Assembly (NCBI GenBank): GCA_964016885.1 | Contig: OZ024743.1 | Span: 227,044,001 to 227,108,000, forward strand | Direction of reading: 5' to 3' | DNA: 64,000 nt | From: Eledone cirrhosa | Lineage: Eukaryota | In this document: positions 14,199 to 27,989 of the stretch, in pieces | Numbering within the stretch: the stretch's first letter is position 1 | Layout of the letters: each line of letters starts with the position of its first letter | Notes under the pieces: model-generated | Told to the model about the DNA's origin: nothing | What the model saw: only the letters and a program-made list of their open reading frames with translations | Databases searched by the model: none | Position numbers and translations under genes: made by a program

Positions 14199-15083
14199 AA
14201 TAAACCTTTCAAGGATTTACACCAGTCCAGCCTCCTGTTATTTTCATTTATATATATATATTAACAGCAGGACTAACAGAGCATGATGCATAACGGTAGT
14301 ATATATGAAGGCATATACGATATGCCTTCATATACAAATGTCACGGAACTCGCAGTAGCTATGTGTGAACGTCAGTCATCCGTTTCTTGAATTTTATCCG
14401 TCATCAGGGTCATTTACTTAGAGAAGAGTAAGATAATGATGGTACTTTGTTTTTCGAATTAAACATCGGTTGGAGATGCTCATTTCTTAATAGTAAGAAC
14501 GTTAGTGATTATGTAAATGTGATCGATGACACGGCTTCTGTGGTAGCTGTGACAGGATGACAGATTAAAGCATTCATAGCGAGTGACTTGTATGTCTATC
14601 ATATATCCCTTAATATACATCTAATTGATGATCGACCTTATGCTGCTAATTCATCTGAGACGGTACAATTCGCATTCTATGGAAATAATCAACCGAAGAC
14701 AATGTTTCATACACAAACATTTATACAAATTATAACTTGATAAATGTACCATTTTCTCACATTCCCTTCTCTTAAAATGTCACCCTTATACATACTTTGT
14801 AATATTTATAAACAATAGCACATGCCTCACACAATACCTACGTTCACTAACACATAAACTTTTTCTTAACTAACCACTACCACATATTTCTCGGTCCTAT
14901 TTATGCACTTTTTCCCGTTAAATAAAGTAGATAAACATTAATACCGGAATGTGTCCCTCTTCACCTATTAAAATTATTCTGTTATAATTCCACTGTGAGA
15001 GTGCGAGTTAGGGAGGAAATGATCAAATTACCATTTTACAAACACATCTAGCACAAAGTGATTGTCGTGTGATACTTGACAGT

Positions 15084-15117
<34 letters not shown>

Positions 15118-15173
15118 ATATTATAATAAAATGACAGGAGGCTGGACTTGTGTAAATCCTTGAAAGGTTTATT

Positions 15174-15231
15174 ATACTATGATCATTTCAATGACCGGGT
15201 TCCGTATGAATCCGGTGATATCATCAGGTAT
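15174..15231 (-). ncRNA. Minimal type I hammerhead ribozyme (family C)
   Basis: Reverse complement of 16564-16621. Confidence 0.8.
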
Positions 15232-16563
15232 TCGAAATACAATAAATGAATGTAATAGGTAAAATCCATGGGGCTGAAAATCAAAGACAGGAGGACGACC
15301 GACCATCTAGCATCTTCCACTTAAGCCGGTCACCCTCAAATGCTGGCTATTCGGTCTACTTGAGGCCATCTGGTGAGGGGGTAAAGCTTATAGTGTGCTA
15401 CTACCCTCCCGGTCAAATAGAAAGGGAGAGGAAGGTAAGTCAGCGTTAATATCATGCTGCACGAAAAAAAGACAGAAAGAAGGGGGAAGGAAAGGAAGAA
15501 GGAGAAAAGTCAGCATTAATGTCGAGCTACAAGAAGAAAGGCAGAAAGAAAGAGGAAGAAAAGTCCGTACTAATGTCAAGCTAGTCAGGCCAGTAATGGC
15601 GCGAAAAGATTTATTCTAAAAGACCCGTATCTTAAGAGAGGTATATATTATAACAGAGGTAAATATAGTAGGGGTCTGCATGTTATAATGTGTGAGCAGA
15701 AGATTGAACGTTAAATTTTTATTTAGATCTATAGGATGAAGTTATAAAAATTCAATATTTAATATTAACATTATAAAATTAAAGAAATTAGAAAATTGAA
15801 AATTAAACAGTTTAAAATTTTTAAGGTTTTGGTTGCGAGGTTTAAGTAAAGAAAGAGTCTTTTATGAAGAAACTTAAATTGTATTATACAGAAAAGATTA
15901 TGTCTTTGTTTAGCAGTCAAACAGCATGCGGCGACTGCAAGCTCCGTCGGCCCAACCTTACCACGTGTCAGCCCTTCCGAGTGATATCGCCTAGCGAAAG
16001 ATACGGAAATCAATTTTTCCAAGCACTCCAGGTGCGCCAGTGGGAAGTTAGCCCTCATCGTTAGGCCATCCTTGTACCAAACCAGTACTATTAATCTACC
16101 CAGGAGGGGGATTTGTTTAAGTAAAGGGAGGCATGATACATCTAATAGTTATGATTAGGTCTCCAATTTAAAGGTACTATATGGCGATCAAAAAACCGGC
16201 TGCGCGCCGGGTCCCTGGGGCGAATCATTCCGCTCCGAGTAGTTTCATTTACCGAAAGAAGGGGAAATTTAATTTTCCAAGCACTCAAGGTAGGCCTATG
16301 CGCCAGGAGGCCGGTCCCGCAGCCAGGAAAACCAACCCACCAGTCCGACAGAAAATTGGAAATTTAGATTATTATTTAGATGTATAGGATGAAGTTAAAC
16401 ATTTAAAGATTAACATTATAAAATTCAAGAGTTAGAGAATTGAGAATTAAACAGTTAGAAAATTGAAATTAAACAGTTTAAAACTTTTTTATGGTTTTGG
16501 GTTGCGAGATTTAGTTAAAGAGAGAGTGGATTTTACCTATTACATTCATTTATTGTATTTCAA

Positions 16564-16621
16564 ATACCTGATGATATCACCGGATTCATACGGAACCCGG
16601 TCATTGAAATGATCATAGTAT
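16564..16621 (+). ncRNA. Minimal type I hammerhead ribozyme (family C)
   Basis: atac CTGATGA tatcaccggattcatacggaacccggtcatt GAAA tgatca TA gtat. Confidence 0.8.
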
Positions 16622-16800
16622 AATAAACCTTTCAAGGATTTACACAAGTCCAGCCTTAATATTTAACTCCGTACTAGCACAACCAACTACAAAAACGAAG
16701 ACGGTTGAACTGCTTTACGTTGAGTACTCTCCATATTATTACATTAAGATTGACCATACGGAATTGACCAGCTCTATCCAGTGGTGAACCTTCAAACCCG

Positions 16801-16970
16801 AATAAAAATAAAAATAAAAATAAAAATAAAAATAAAAATAAAAATAAAAATAAAAATAAAAATAAAAATAAAAATAAAAATAAAAATAAAAATAAAAATA
16901 AAAATAAAAATAAAAATAAAAATAAAAATAAAAATAAAAATAAAAATAAAAATAAAAATAAAAATAAAAA
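16801..16970. repeat. (AAAAAT)n hexanucleotide tract
   Basis: Perfect tandem array directly after the family C tail. Confidence 0.95.
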
Positions 16971-16983
16971 TATATATATATAT

Positions 16984-17170
16984 ATAGGAACCAGTAAGAC
17001 CCCGACGGCTGAGCTCAGGCCGTTTCGACGGCTAATTCAGAATTAGCCGTCGAAACGGCTTGAGCTCAGCCGTCGGGGTCTTACTGGTTCCTATTACCCA
17101 CTCTACTACCCTAAGTATTGAGTACTTTGGTGCGTTATGGTCCACCTGGTTCCTTACCACATTTCCTTCG

Positions 17171-17173
<3 letters not shown>
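16984..17173 (+). mobile_element. Fold-back mini-element family B
   Basis: Arms 16984-17038/17040-17094 centred on gacggctaattc-a-gaattagccgtc; GAAA CGGC ttgagctca GCCG TC; tail to 17173, then (TA)n. Confidence 0.8.
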
Positions 17174-17209
<36 letters not shown>

Positions 17210-17240
17210 GTAGGAGATGAGTTTTATTGTAGCACAATAA

Positions 17241-17372
17241 ATATTAGAAAGGGAGGGTTTTTTACAAAATGAAAAAAAAAAAACGAGGTGTCCTACACGT
17301 GTTAAAGTATAAGGAAAAAGGTTGAAATCGAAAATGCAACTGGAGTCTTTTTTTTTTAAATATATTTATTTG
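17241..17372 (-). mobile_element. Family K tail fragment
   Basis: Matches 63232-63365 and 29750-29876 (tagaaag..gaggtgtcctacacg..tcgaaaatgcaactgg). Confidence 0.7.
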
Positions 17373-17864
17373 TATGTATATATAATTGTATGTATGGACT
17401 TGTGTACCAATCTGTATTTCGTCTCGAATACATCAATTTCTTATTGTTTGATTGGATAAACAATTGATTCCATCCCTCATGCTCTGCTGAAGCGTGTTTT
17501 CAAAACATATTTGAATAGTAAGTGTATATCTAACGCAATCGCATCTGAACTGATGTCCAAAAATGACAAGTTATTATCATTCCAATAATTTTCTTTCACT
17601 TTGAAATATATCAGTGCAAAATATTCAAGTTTTCAATGTTTCTTCCAAATGCATTGTTGTCATTTAAAAGGTATTCTCACGTTCATGACAGATTTCTACT
17701 TGTTTTGACATTTAAATAGCTATATATTTTCCTTTTGTTAATCCTCATCTGCCGCATTATACTCTGAATATGATGTATAGTTTTTATTTTATTATCACTG
17801 TAATTGAAAAGTAGAACTGACAAATAACACATATGTATATGATACATACCCCCCCCCCCCCCCA

Positions 17865-17921
<57 letters not shown>

Positions 17922-17968
17922 TGTATACATATATATAACATATTCCATACATACATAAATATACATAC

Positions 17969-18000
<32 letters not shown>

Positions 18001-18057
18001 GTATGCATGTATCTATGTATATATATGTATCGGTATATAGATATGCATATATAGATA

Positions 18058-18162
<105 letters not shown>

Positions 18163-19399
18163 GCATATCTATGTATCTATATCTATATATGCATATCTAT
18201 ATACTTATACATAGATATACATAGATACATGCATACATACATATATATACTCATACATTCATATGTATATGTAGGTATATATACATGTAAGTATGTATAT
18301 TTATATATGTAAGTATGAATATATATGTAAGTCGTATATATGTGTGTGTATGTACAGTGTATGTGTAGATGGAGAGAGAAGTAGAGAGAAGGGGAGAGAG
18401 AAAGACACATATATAGATAGATCTCGTTCTTGATCACCTCCTCTTCATTCACTCACTAAAACAAGAAATTGCTATGGTGAGATTTACACTTGTCAAAACT
18501 GAGCAACTTCATATTAAAGTAAATAACATAGTGATTTGTATGAAATTAATTGCATATAAGTAAATGCAAAATATAATGGAAATAAACACTCAATCAGAGT
18601 GGTAAAGCTCGGGGTGGGGGAGGAGTTATACGGAGCGGTATGCATGTAAGATGAAGCAAAAAACGTGTGTCAGGGAGAGGACAGGAATGAGCAAAAAGGA
18701 ACGTTATATAGATATATAATTGCACGCACGCGCACACATCAACACGTTTCTACACACAAGGAATTGGGGTTTGCTAAGACAACATGTAATAAACATGGTC
18801 ATTTGCATATATATATATAAATATTCAAAACAGTAACTATCTGATATTTTTGGCAATTAACTTCTGGTCGATTTATTTTCGTTCCTAGACATGCAGTTGT
18901 CCTTCTCTGTAGTAATTTCCTCAACTTAATTATACGTATGTAAAGAAGTCGGTTGAGGTTTAAATCGGTTCCAACCGGGCTAAAACCTGTTCTGCGAACG
19001 TTGAATGGTTCCTATTTAACTTTACTATTTAAAATGAAAGCTTGCAACAAAATATTATCTAAGACACTTACACATTACTATCTTAGTAATTAAATAATTA
19101 ATAACTTTGTGAATCTCTTAATATTTCTTTATTTTGTAATCGAAATAGATTCCATTACATGAGAAGTTTAAGTTCCTTAGTCAAATCACATCGGTTTTGA
19201 CAAAACACGAACATTTGGTTAGACATGTGGTAAGCTACATTATATACAAACATTGAGCATTGAATACAATGGTAGATGGAAAAGATAGAAAAGAGCAATC
19301 ACATGAAAATATGATCTGAGCAAATATAAATGTTATCTACAAAGTCTAATTACAAACGTTATTAAAGAAAAGGAAGTGATGTAATACAAGAGCGCACAC

Positions 19400-19446
<47 letters not shown>

Positions 19447-19451
19447 ATGTG

Positions 19452-19497
<46 letters not shown>

Positions 19498-19559
19498 AAA
19501 GGTAAACTGAAATAACAACAGACACACACACAGATATAGATATATATAGATATATATAG

Positions 19560-19596
<37 letters not shown>

Positions 19597-20158
19597 TAGT
19601 GACAGTTCTTTAAAAATAATGAATGTACTCGACTAGCTAATTACATTGTCGCATCAAAGACAACAAACTAATTCAAATTTGGTTGTGATGAATACGGGCA
19701 GGTCAATTCAGTCTATTCATTTTGAAATGACTAATAATGAGGTTGAACGTATCGGATAAAGGATTGCAATAAAATTGTAGAGAGATTTTCTTTATCGTCC
19801 GCTGAAACATTACCGCATTATCCAGGGAGCGCCTATATGGTTGATAGATTGGCTTGAAGAAATAGCAGCCAAAAATTCTTAGATTATCACATTTTAACAT
19901 GACGAAAAACGCAAGTCCACAAAAAATAGGGCAATTGTAGATGTGAAATGGTCGAGGGATGTTGAGGCAGTTATTTCCTCAATATATTTGGTCACATGTC
20001 AAATAATTGAGGGCTAAATTCAGCATAGCTGTTGTGCAATACCTGTATTTATTTGGTAGCATTGGCACATATCTTCAACTATATGTCAATACCAACTCTA
20101 TCATATCTACACACACACAAATGTATATATATATATATATACATGTGTGTGTGTGTGT

Positions 20159-20258
<100 letters not shown>

Positions 20259-20559
20259 ATTAGAAGGTCATTATGGAGATCTGTTTTCAATCTAAATAAT
20301 ATCATTTGTTTTCAAATATATGTTGTTTCTACTGTGCTTCCATTCCTGTTATAATTATCAGTTAATTCAGCTTCTGTCTTGAATTCATGGTCTTTCTTGT
20401 AGAAAGAAAACAGTTTTTTGTTAAGTTCACGCTCGTGACAAATTCCATTAAATTCCTATTATTTTTCATTGTATATATTTGTGTTCTTGCAATAGTTATT
20501 TTGTAAATGTATAAAGCCTCTTCGTCTTTGTGTTCGAGAAAGGTATAATCTTTGTACAT

Positions 20560-22150
20560 ATGATCTTCTGTATTTCTTTCAAATCAACCATACATTCGCA
20601 TTTCTAAAAGATCTTTTCTCTTCTCTTCAGATCATTGGTTAAACTCTTCCTTTCTAACAATTTCTACTGCATTTATACCCATATCGTCTGATCCAGTTTC
20701 AATGACTCTTCGTCATTGTTTATTCTGCAAACATTCTTCTTTCTCTCTTTACAAAAAGATCCACGGGGATGTGGCCTCTATCACCATTCCTTTTCTATAT
20801 CTATAGTCTATTAATATTACAATTCTCTCTTTCTATTTAATTTTGATATTTCCTCTTCAGTCCATCTGAGAATGGATGCAGTATAGCTAACCACTGAAAC
20901 AGCCCATATATCCATTGCAGTACCCAGATTTCTCGCATTTAAGTTGGATTTTAAAACCATTGTTACTCTTTTTAGATATATCCCGTTAAACTTTTTATTC
21001 ATTTCTGCGTGCAAAATCTTATCTAACTTTAAGATCTCCACTATCTTCTGATTCTCCTATAGTTCCTGTCCTGATGGCAGTCGTAACCCAACACAGGATG
21101 CTTTCTTCCATCTCGTCATGTTGAGTACAGAGTATTTGGAAACTCTAAATTCCATACCGATGTCACTGTTACATATCTGGACATTTTAACCAATGAGTCT
21201 ATTTGTGTTTCAGACTTCACAAACAGTTTTAGGTCATCTATAAACAGAAGATGGTTTATGAATGGGCCATACTTTCCACATTGATTGCTTATATTTTGAA
21301 GTGTGTGAGTGTTATAGGTTTCAGTACTACAACAAATAGTTATGGTAAGAATTAGTACCCTTCGAGATACTTCTTTTAATTTTCACTTGTCCCTGAAAAA
21401 CATTAAGTATAAATTGGTTTCCACTCTGGCATATATTCAGCATAAATGTTTTGATGTCAACAATAGCAAACATAGGCAGGCATTCACCAATCTTAGAATG
21501 TGGTACCATATCATATGCTTTCTTAAAGTCTATCCAGGTCAGTGACATGTTTGTATAGTGTTTCTTACACGGCCTGAAATCTGTCGTATCAATGATCAGG
21601 TGATCGTTGGTACTTTGGGACCTCATGCATCTGTTTTGTTTCCTTTGTAGTATTCCTTCTTGAGAAGAAAGGCATTTGTCTTCCCCGCAAATATCCTAGT
21701 GTGAACCTTCAATAGTTTGTTTAGGTATGGTAGTTTCGCACAGCATTCTCATTACTTCTATATTTCATCACAAATGTTGTCCACTCTGTATCCATCCAGG
21801 TAGGGACAGCACCTCTCTGGATACATTCATTCAAATGTGTTGTCAGTCTTTGGTATACTGCATTGCATCTTTTCAACCAAAAATGATAGATCCTATCTGG
21901 TCGGGTCTTTCCGGATTGGTATCTTGGCTATGTGATCCTTCATATCACCTATGCTTACGGTAATATCTCTTTGTATTTTCCTCCTCGCAATTCTGTTATG
22001 ATGGTGTCATAAATACTTTCTACGCCTCAAACGGTTTCCCTTTATCCAATTCTAGAACTCCTTGGCCTAATCAGCATTAGGGATAGCATTCTTCCTATTG
22101 TTTCCTTCCAAAGTTTGGAAGAAGTACTTTGCCTTATTTGGGAAGAATCT
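20560..22150 (-). mobile_element. Decayed R4/Dong-like non-LTR retrotransposon RT fragment
   Basis: Peptides DHLIID..NMSLTWIDFKKAYDMVPHS and YLKRVTMVLKSNLNARN..WAVSVVSYTASILRWTEEEISKLNRK are typical of R4/Dong RTs; multiple frameshifts. Confidence 0.8.
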
Positions 22151-23539
22151 GGCAGTGCTACGAGGAAATTTGCCAGTTCGAGATGAACTCTACAATCATG
22201 GAAGTGCCGTCAGTAAGGCCTGTGTAATGTCGAGCACCTGCTGTCACGTGTAGGACGAAACCGACTAACAACTTAGTCCCTTGAGAAGATCGCAACGCCT
22301 TCTTCCTTTAGAGGAGACGGATAGGCAGTTTTCATTTGTCTGGTGGCCATGGTGAAAGAGCTCGTGTTGTGTACGCGTGTGAAAGTGTTGGAGTTTATAT
22401 TTACGCCTACTTTGGAAATACCTGGAAAATTAAAAACGGGTTAATCATAGCTGGCACAGTTTTGCATAATTCTACAGAATCTAGTGTAGTGTAGCTAAAG
22501 AACAAGAACAAAAACAAGTATCATAATACCAAGCCAACGAGAGTCCTGTGCAGTCACTCGATCTACAGAAATAGAAGCCAGATATCTCAACGTAATACAT
22601 GCCGTTTATAAAAGCACCATGTTTCAATACAAGATGGTGTAGTTATATGTAGAATATATTTGACTATATATCTGCTCAATCAGAAGCAACCTAGAGATAA
22701 AGAACGGCAATAACTTTTATATTCGTGATTAGTTAAACTCATGAAGTACTTCGAGTAAATTTAAAATTCCTTGAAGCTATAATTTTGTCTATTCTTAATA
22801 ACATTACTACTAAATATAAGGATTCACGTTTCCCTTCTCTTTGTCCCTCTCTATCTCTCTCACTGTATACATCTATACAAATGCATATGTGCGTGTACGT
22901 GTGTGTGTATGTGTGTGTGTGTGTATCTGCATGTGTATCTGTGTGTAGGTGTGTGTCAGTATTTCATAGACTAACCGACATAACTTATTATTAAACTTGA
23001 TTCAGGAGAACTGATTTATTTCTATAATTTTCTTCTTCGAAGCAATTCAGTGAGATAATAAATAAGAAGAGAAAACTAAAGTAAAAAGAAACTGAAAGTG
23101 AACTGTGATTTCTCACCCATGTTTAATTACGTACAATATATTGGACGATAAGTTTTATCCATTAATAGCTAACCAGAGGTCATTTGGGATACAGGGTCAA
23201 CAGTCGAAGATATCATATAGTTAGTTGATGTGGATGGATATTTTGTAAAGAAAGAAAGATTAAGAAAGAATAAGAAGTATTATAGTGAAGTTCTTTTGAT
23301 ATCCTGCAAGCTGAAAACTACCAGGCTATAAATTACAGTAACCACACCGACAAATAGACAAGCAGTTCATTAAATAAAAATTATCTCCGAGCTTAAATGT
23401 CTGAAGCCAAATTTTCCATTAACCTAGAAGATTTACTTCCAATTTTCCCACGACTTTTAGATAATATCTCTTCAGAATAGGACGGTTAGGTTTTGTTTTC
23501 CATATTCGTTACAGAGATTGAATATACACATATTCCATA

Positions 23540-23611
<72 letters not shown>

Positions 23612-23759
23612 TATACATATATATATATATACACATGTATATATATATATGTGTATATGTGTATATATGTATATATATATATATATATATATGTGTGTAT
23701 ATGTGTATATATGTATATATATATATATATATATATTTATGTCTGTCTGTCACACACAC

Positions 23760-23815
<56 letters not shown>

Positions 23816-24102
23816 TCTCACTCTGTGAGGGGTCGATGATAGTTAAGGGAATAGAAATCCCTTCTCGTTGTCAGTCAATCAATAGGTTGAAATAATGGAT
23901 CATAGAAAATAATTCTAAACTGATGCGCTATTGTACGTTGGTCTCAATAAGTCTTTAACTGAAGAATGGAGGTATGTTACTGTGTCTTAAGGAGAATTAT
24001 CTAACTTTTTTAGAACACATTCGTTGCTGGACAGCATGTCTAACTACCTACATACATAACTATATACTTAGCTACATGCATATATACATACATACATACA
24101 TA

Positions 24103-24423
24103 ATGATGATCGCTGCTCCCTCATTATCGAGTATGGCCATTGCACGATATACCATTATTAATACTTATCAATTAATGCTATCGTGCAATGCCTGTGCGTG
24201 AAGATATTTTTTAAAGTAAGGAAATACTGTGCACTGAGCCAATCCCACTCTCTGAGCAACAGTAGCTATAACCCGAAAAGAAGAAAAGATCAACATCATC
24301 GGCAACTACTGAGCCGCAGGTTTTATATCGGAGTTGTCCCAGTTTCCTGAGTTGCCTTCTCCTAGAAGAATGCCCTGACAAAGGCGAGGGGTCCTTCACT
24401 CCCAGTGGTTTAACCGGGCGGTA
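24103..24423 (-). mobile_element. RTE-derived non-autonomous retroposon (diverged relative of 44052-44662)
   Basis: ttctaggagaagg RTE 5'UTR-like motif, shared aaaagaaga..tcaacatca block, 3' hairpin; (ACAT)n flanks. Confidence 0.6.
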
Positions 24424-24449
24424 CATACATACATACATACATACATACA

Positions 24450-24481
<32 letters not shown>

Positions 24482-25198
24482 GAACCCTGCGGGTGGTGTT
24501 TCCTTTAGAAGACGGTATATGAAATTGATTTTTCTGCTATTTCTAGCTTGCCGAACGACCATCTAGTTGTTCCTTTGTTAGGTCGCGTTAACTTCATGTG
24601 TGGGACTTGAAGCAAAATGGCAACATATTCAGTAGCGTTTTCCTTAGTATTGCTATTATTATATGACTTTATGTTGGGAAGTGACGGGTAGGACAATCCT
24701 GTAAATTTATTGCAATCATTTTTGTTATTGGGTCAGATGACACACTCTATTTAGAAGGATTAGAGACAAACATCTTTTTTAAAATCTATAGTAGTCGTGT
24801 ATGTATTGAGTTGATGCGTAATCTACTCTCATGTGATGACAGTTGGTGTCTTCTATGAAATAATGCAAGCAGTATTCTCCTGTATAGCTGTATAATATTT
24901 GTGCAGTGGATGAAATATACAGAGAGACGAGCCTAGGAAGGTGTTTTATATGTTTCGCTCGTTTGAATTTAAATGTGCCAGAAGTGAAGCAGATTTACTT
25001 CTAAGTTTAGGTTATGGCGGCATAACATACCTCCACCTTGACGTATCTGAGTACTAAATCTTGGATCGAGTTCTTGTAAGGCAGCCTATTATATGTAGAT
25101 GATGGAGGCAATGATATGACTTTCCAATATAGGAAGAAATAGCTATAGCTGTGTAAACGCTAGGTTTAGAAAAGGGATAGAGTATGAGAGAATGTTAA

Positions 25199-25385
25199 CG
25201 GTGGATTGGCAGTATCGGTAGAGGGTCGGACGCCATGCTTTCCAGCATAGTTACGTCCCTTTACAATCTGAGTTCAAATCCCGCCGAGGTTAACTTTGCC
25301 TTTCATCCTTACGGGGTCGATAAAATAAAGTACCAGTAATGAACTGGGTAATTGCTGGCTTTGTGCCTAAAGTAGAAACAATTAT
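25199..25385 (+). mobile_element. tRNA-derived SINE
   Basis: Near-identical to 9926-10110. Confidence 0.9.
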
Positions 25386-26719
25386 TTTCATTATAATCAA
25401 TTGTCATTGTGATTGTTTAGCCTATGTTAGCCTGATTGAGCAGATATATCCTAAAAAGTACTCCAGCTATGTTGTATCTATGATTATTATAATCAATCAC
25501 AAAGGCATATTGCTTAGTGGTTCGAGTTTTCGGCTTATAATCGTACGCGGTCATCCACTGAAACTACACAAGAATTACATTAATAGAACACGGGTCTGTC
25601 TAATACCCTCTTCACGAACAACCTGCTACGTTGAACAAATAACTATTCCAGTAGGATAAGTGACTATGTAGAGGCTTCCATATTGTGTCCTATGTCTATT
25701 AGAATTGTGGGAGAATGAGATTACATAGTTCAGATGATTTCTGTGACAAACAATGTGGTTGAAAAAGTTTAAATATTTTTCCGCTTTGAAGGCAGTATAA
25801 TAATGATTTCAGAGAGCAGTGATTTGAACAGTGGAAATATGAACGTAGTTATGTATGTGAGACAATTAAATCGAATATATTCGCCCATACAAATATACGG
25901 TGTTGTATTAATATTAAACATGGGTATTATTGAATTAGTAGTTCGCAGCGTATGATACAGGACGGTTCCCAGTGAGCTAAGAGTTTCTGCAGTTCATGAG
26001 GTAGATAGCAATACACATGTTCATAAACCCTTCAGAATAGAATGTAAATGTCGTTGTTTATTGAGAAGCTGACTTCTCAATAACCTTGTGGTTTTCTGCC
26101 ACAATAATCAATAATATTATTAAATTATTTTTAGTGATATAATTCGAAAATTTAAAGCAAACACCCTATACACCACCACCACAACCACCACTACTACAAA
26201 AAAATACAAAACAACATTCATTTTATGAAAAAAATATTTCTTTCTAGCCTGCAGCGAATTTCCAGTTTCATATCTAATATTTTTATTGTTTTTATTATTA
26301 TTTTGTATATATATATATGTGATATTCAGACTATACATGTATACACCCTAAAGCTAGATTCAATGACAACCAGTAACTTCCTACTTAAAGATATTTCGAT
26401 ATTGACTTAACGCAACAGAAAATATGCCGAAAATATATCAAGCAGTAATATCGTTTTACATATGTATTCATGTTATCCATTCTATAAATATAACTACTAT
26501 AGTGGAGTCAGTCTCTACCCCCTTCTCCCTCTCTCCTTCTCACTTTCTTTTTCTCAAATTTTGTATATGTATATATATATATATATATATAATATATATA
26601 AGAGCATATATATATATAAGAGCATATATATATATATAATCGTATATTACTTTAGTTACTGTTGCCTTAATTTTATATCAGTTTCATTCTTCCAATTGTT
26701 CACCTTTACACTCTCCTGC

Positions 26720-26739
26720 TCCTGCTGCTGCTGCTGCTG

Positions 26740-26790
<51 letters not shown>

Positions 26791-26791
26791 T

Positions 26792-26823
<32 letters not shown>

Positions 26824-26826
26824 TTA
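26720..26826. repeat. (CTG)n/(CTA)n compound microsatellite
   Basis: Directly visible. Confidence 0.95.
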
Positions 26827-27605
26827 TCTTAATTTTCATAGTAACATGCACGCTTCTACTGCAATACTGTTTCTCGTCTGTATGCAGTATTGTCATTTGG
26901 GAATATAGAATTGTGTTATGTTACATATGTTGCTTTGTGACGTCACTTGATCTGTTGCTTCTTGAGTAATTTTAGCATTGCACCAGATGTTGCATGACCA
27001 TCTTCTATTGCAACCTCATCCTGTCACTCACAAATCCATGTGCCACTTCCCGCAACGCTGAGGAGAGATAGATGACTGAATACCAGTCATTGACTGACCG
27101 TTTCGTTTTTGTGCTCGTAGCCATCAAAGCCCCCGGTATCCTTTGATTCGGACTATCGTTTTTCACCTAGAAGTCGAGACGGGCAACATCGCACCTGATG
27201 AAGATTCTCATGAAGTAGTGGCTGATGCAGTGGGTATAGCTGGCTTTTCTCTGTATTTTCTCCAGGAGAGACAGTTGAGATATATATAACCAAGCATGTA
27301 CCTCCTCCCAACAATTTCTCTCCTTCCCCCACCTCTTTATTTGCGTTCTTTGTTTTTGTCAATTTTAGAGTTTGGGAAATTATGTGCTATGTGATTTGTC
27401 TTATATTTGTAGATGGTTATTGTGTTTCGAATGTGCTGTGTAAGATATATTGTCTAGTAGTGATTCTATGGTAGGTTATGAGCTGTATATAAAGGGATTT
27501 GTGTAAATGTTTGGTTACGAGTTGTATACGATTTGTAATTGTGACGCCTGTCGATTATGTGTTGTTTCATGTGTTGTTTCATGTAGAATACAGTGAGTGT
27601 GTGTT

Positions 27606-27885
27606 GGTGTGTGGCGTAGTTGTTATGTTAAATAGCACACAATCATAACGTCATGAGTTCGATTACCACCGGTGCGCTGTGTTTTTGCACAAGACAATTT
27701 ATTTCAAGTTACTACAGCCTACGTAACTGGAAAATACGCGTTGTTCCTGTGATTAGATGGGCCAGCCTTGTCATACATTGTGTATCACTCAGTTTCCTTC
27801 AGAACAACGTTACGTTTACGTGCATCTGTAAAATGTGCAGTTATTTGCATGTTAATATCACGAGCAGGCTGCTTCGCTGATCGAA
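27606..27885 (+). mobile_element. Old tRNA/CORE-type SINE
   Basis: A-box tggcgtagttgtt, B-box gagttcgattacc, CORE-like ctgtgtttttgcacaagacaattt; a related minus-strand copy lies at ~34440-34720. Confidence 0.55.
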
Positions 27886-27989
27886 AAAATCGACCGTTAA
27901 TGAAGTGAGTATCATGCAGGTCAAGCCGTATGCAATATCTTTCGATACAATCGGATACAATCCGCCTTCACCTTTGTTATGACCTAACA

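Larger units (their letters stand above)
11886..14250 (-). mobile_element. Non-autonomous PLE-type element family C (2.4 kb) with inverted pseudo-LTRs
   Basis: Arms ~12035-12310 and ~13970-14250 are inverted copies, each carrying a hammerhead; tail 11886-12030 on the left arm only; internal direct duplication ~12295-12670/~13402-13965; (TA)n flanks. Confidence 0.8.
15118..16800 (+). mobile_element. Non-autonomous PLE-type element family C, diverged second copy
   Basis: Inverted arms with hammerheads at 15174-15231 (-) and 16564-16621 (+); tail ~16655-16800; internal body homologous to 12150-13140. Confidence 0.8.

Noticed and set aside
22235-22270. ggacgaaac resembling a hammerhead 3' half
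   Set aside because: No CUGANGA box or matching stems upstream
27190-27220. cac-CTGATGA-agattctcat-GAAG-ta-gtg hammerhead-like string, and an acceptor-like site at 27120
   Set aside because: GAAG instead of GAAA, no real stem II/III and no TA/fold-back context; the region may be a decayed LINE (LLEKIQRKA on the minus strand)
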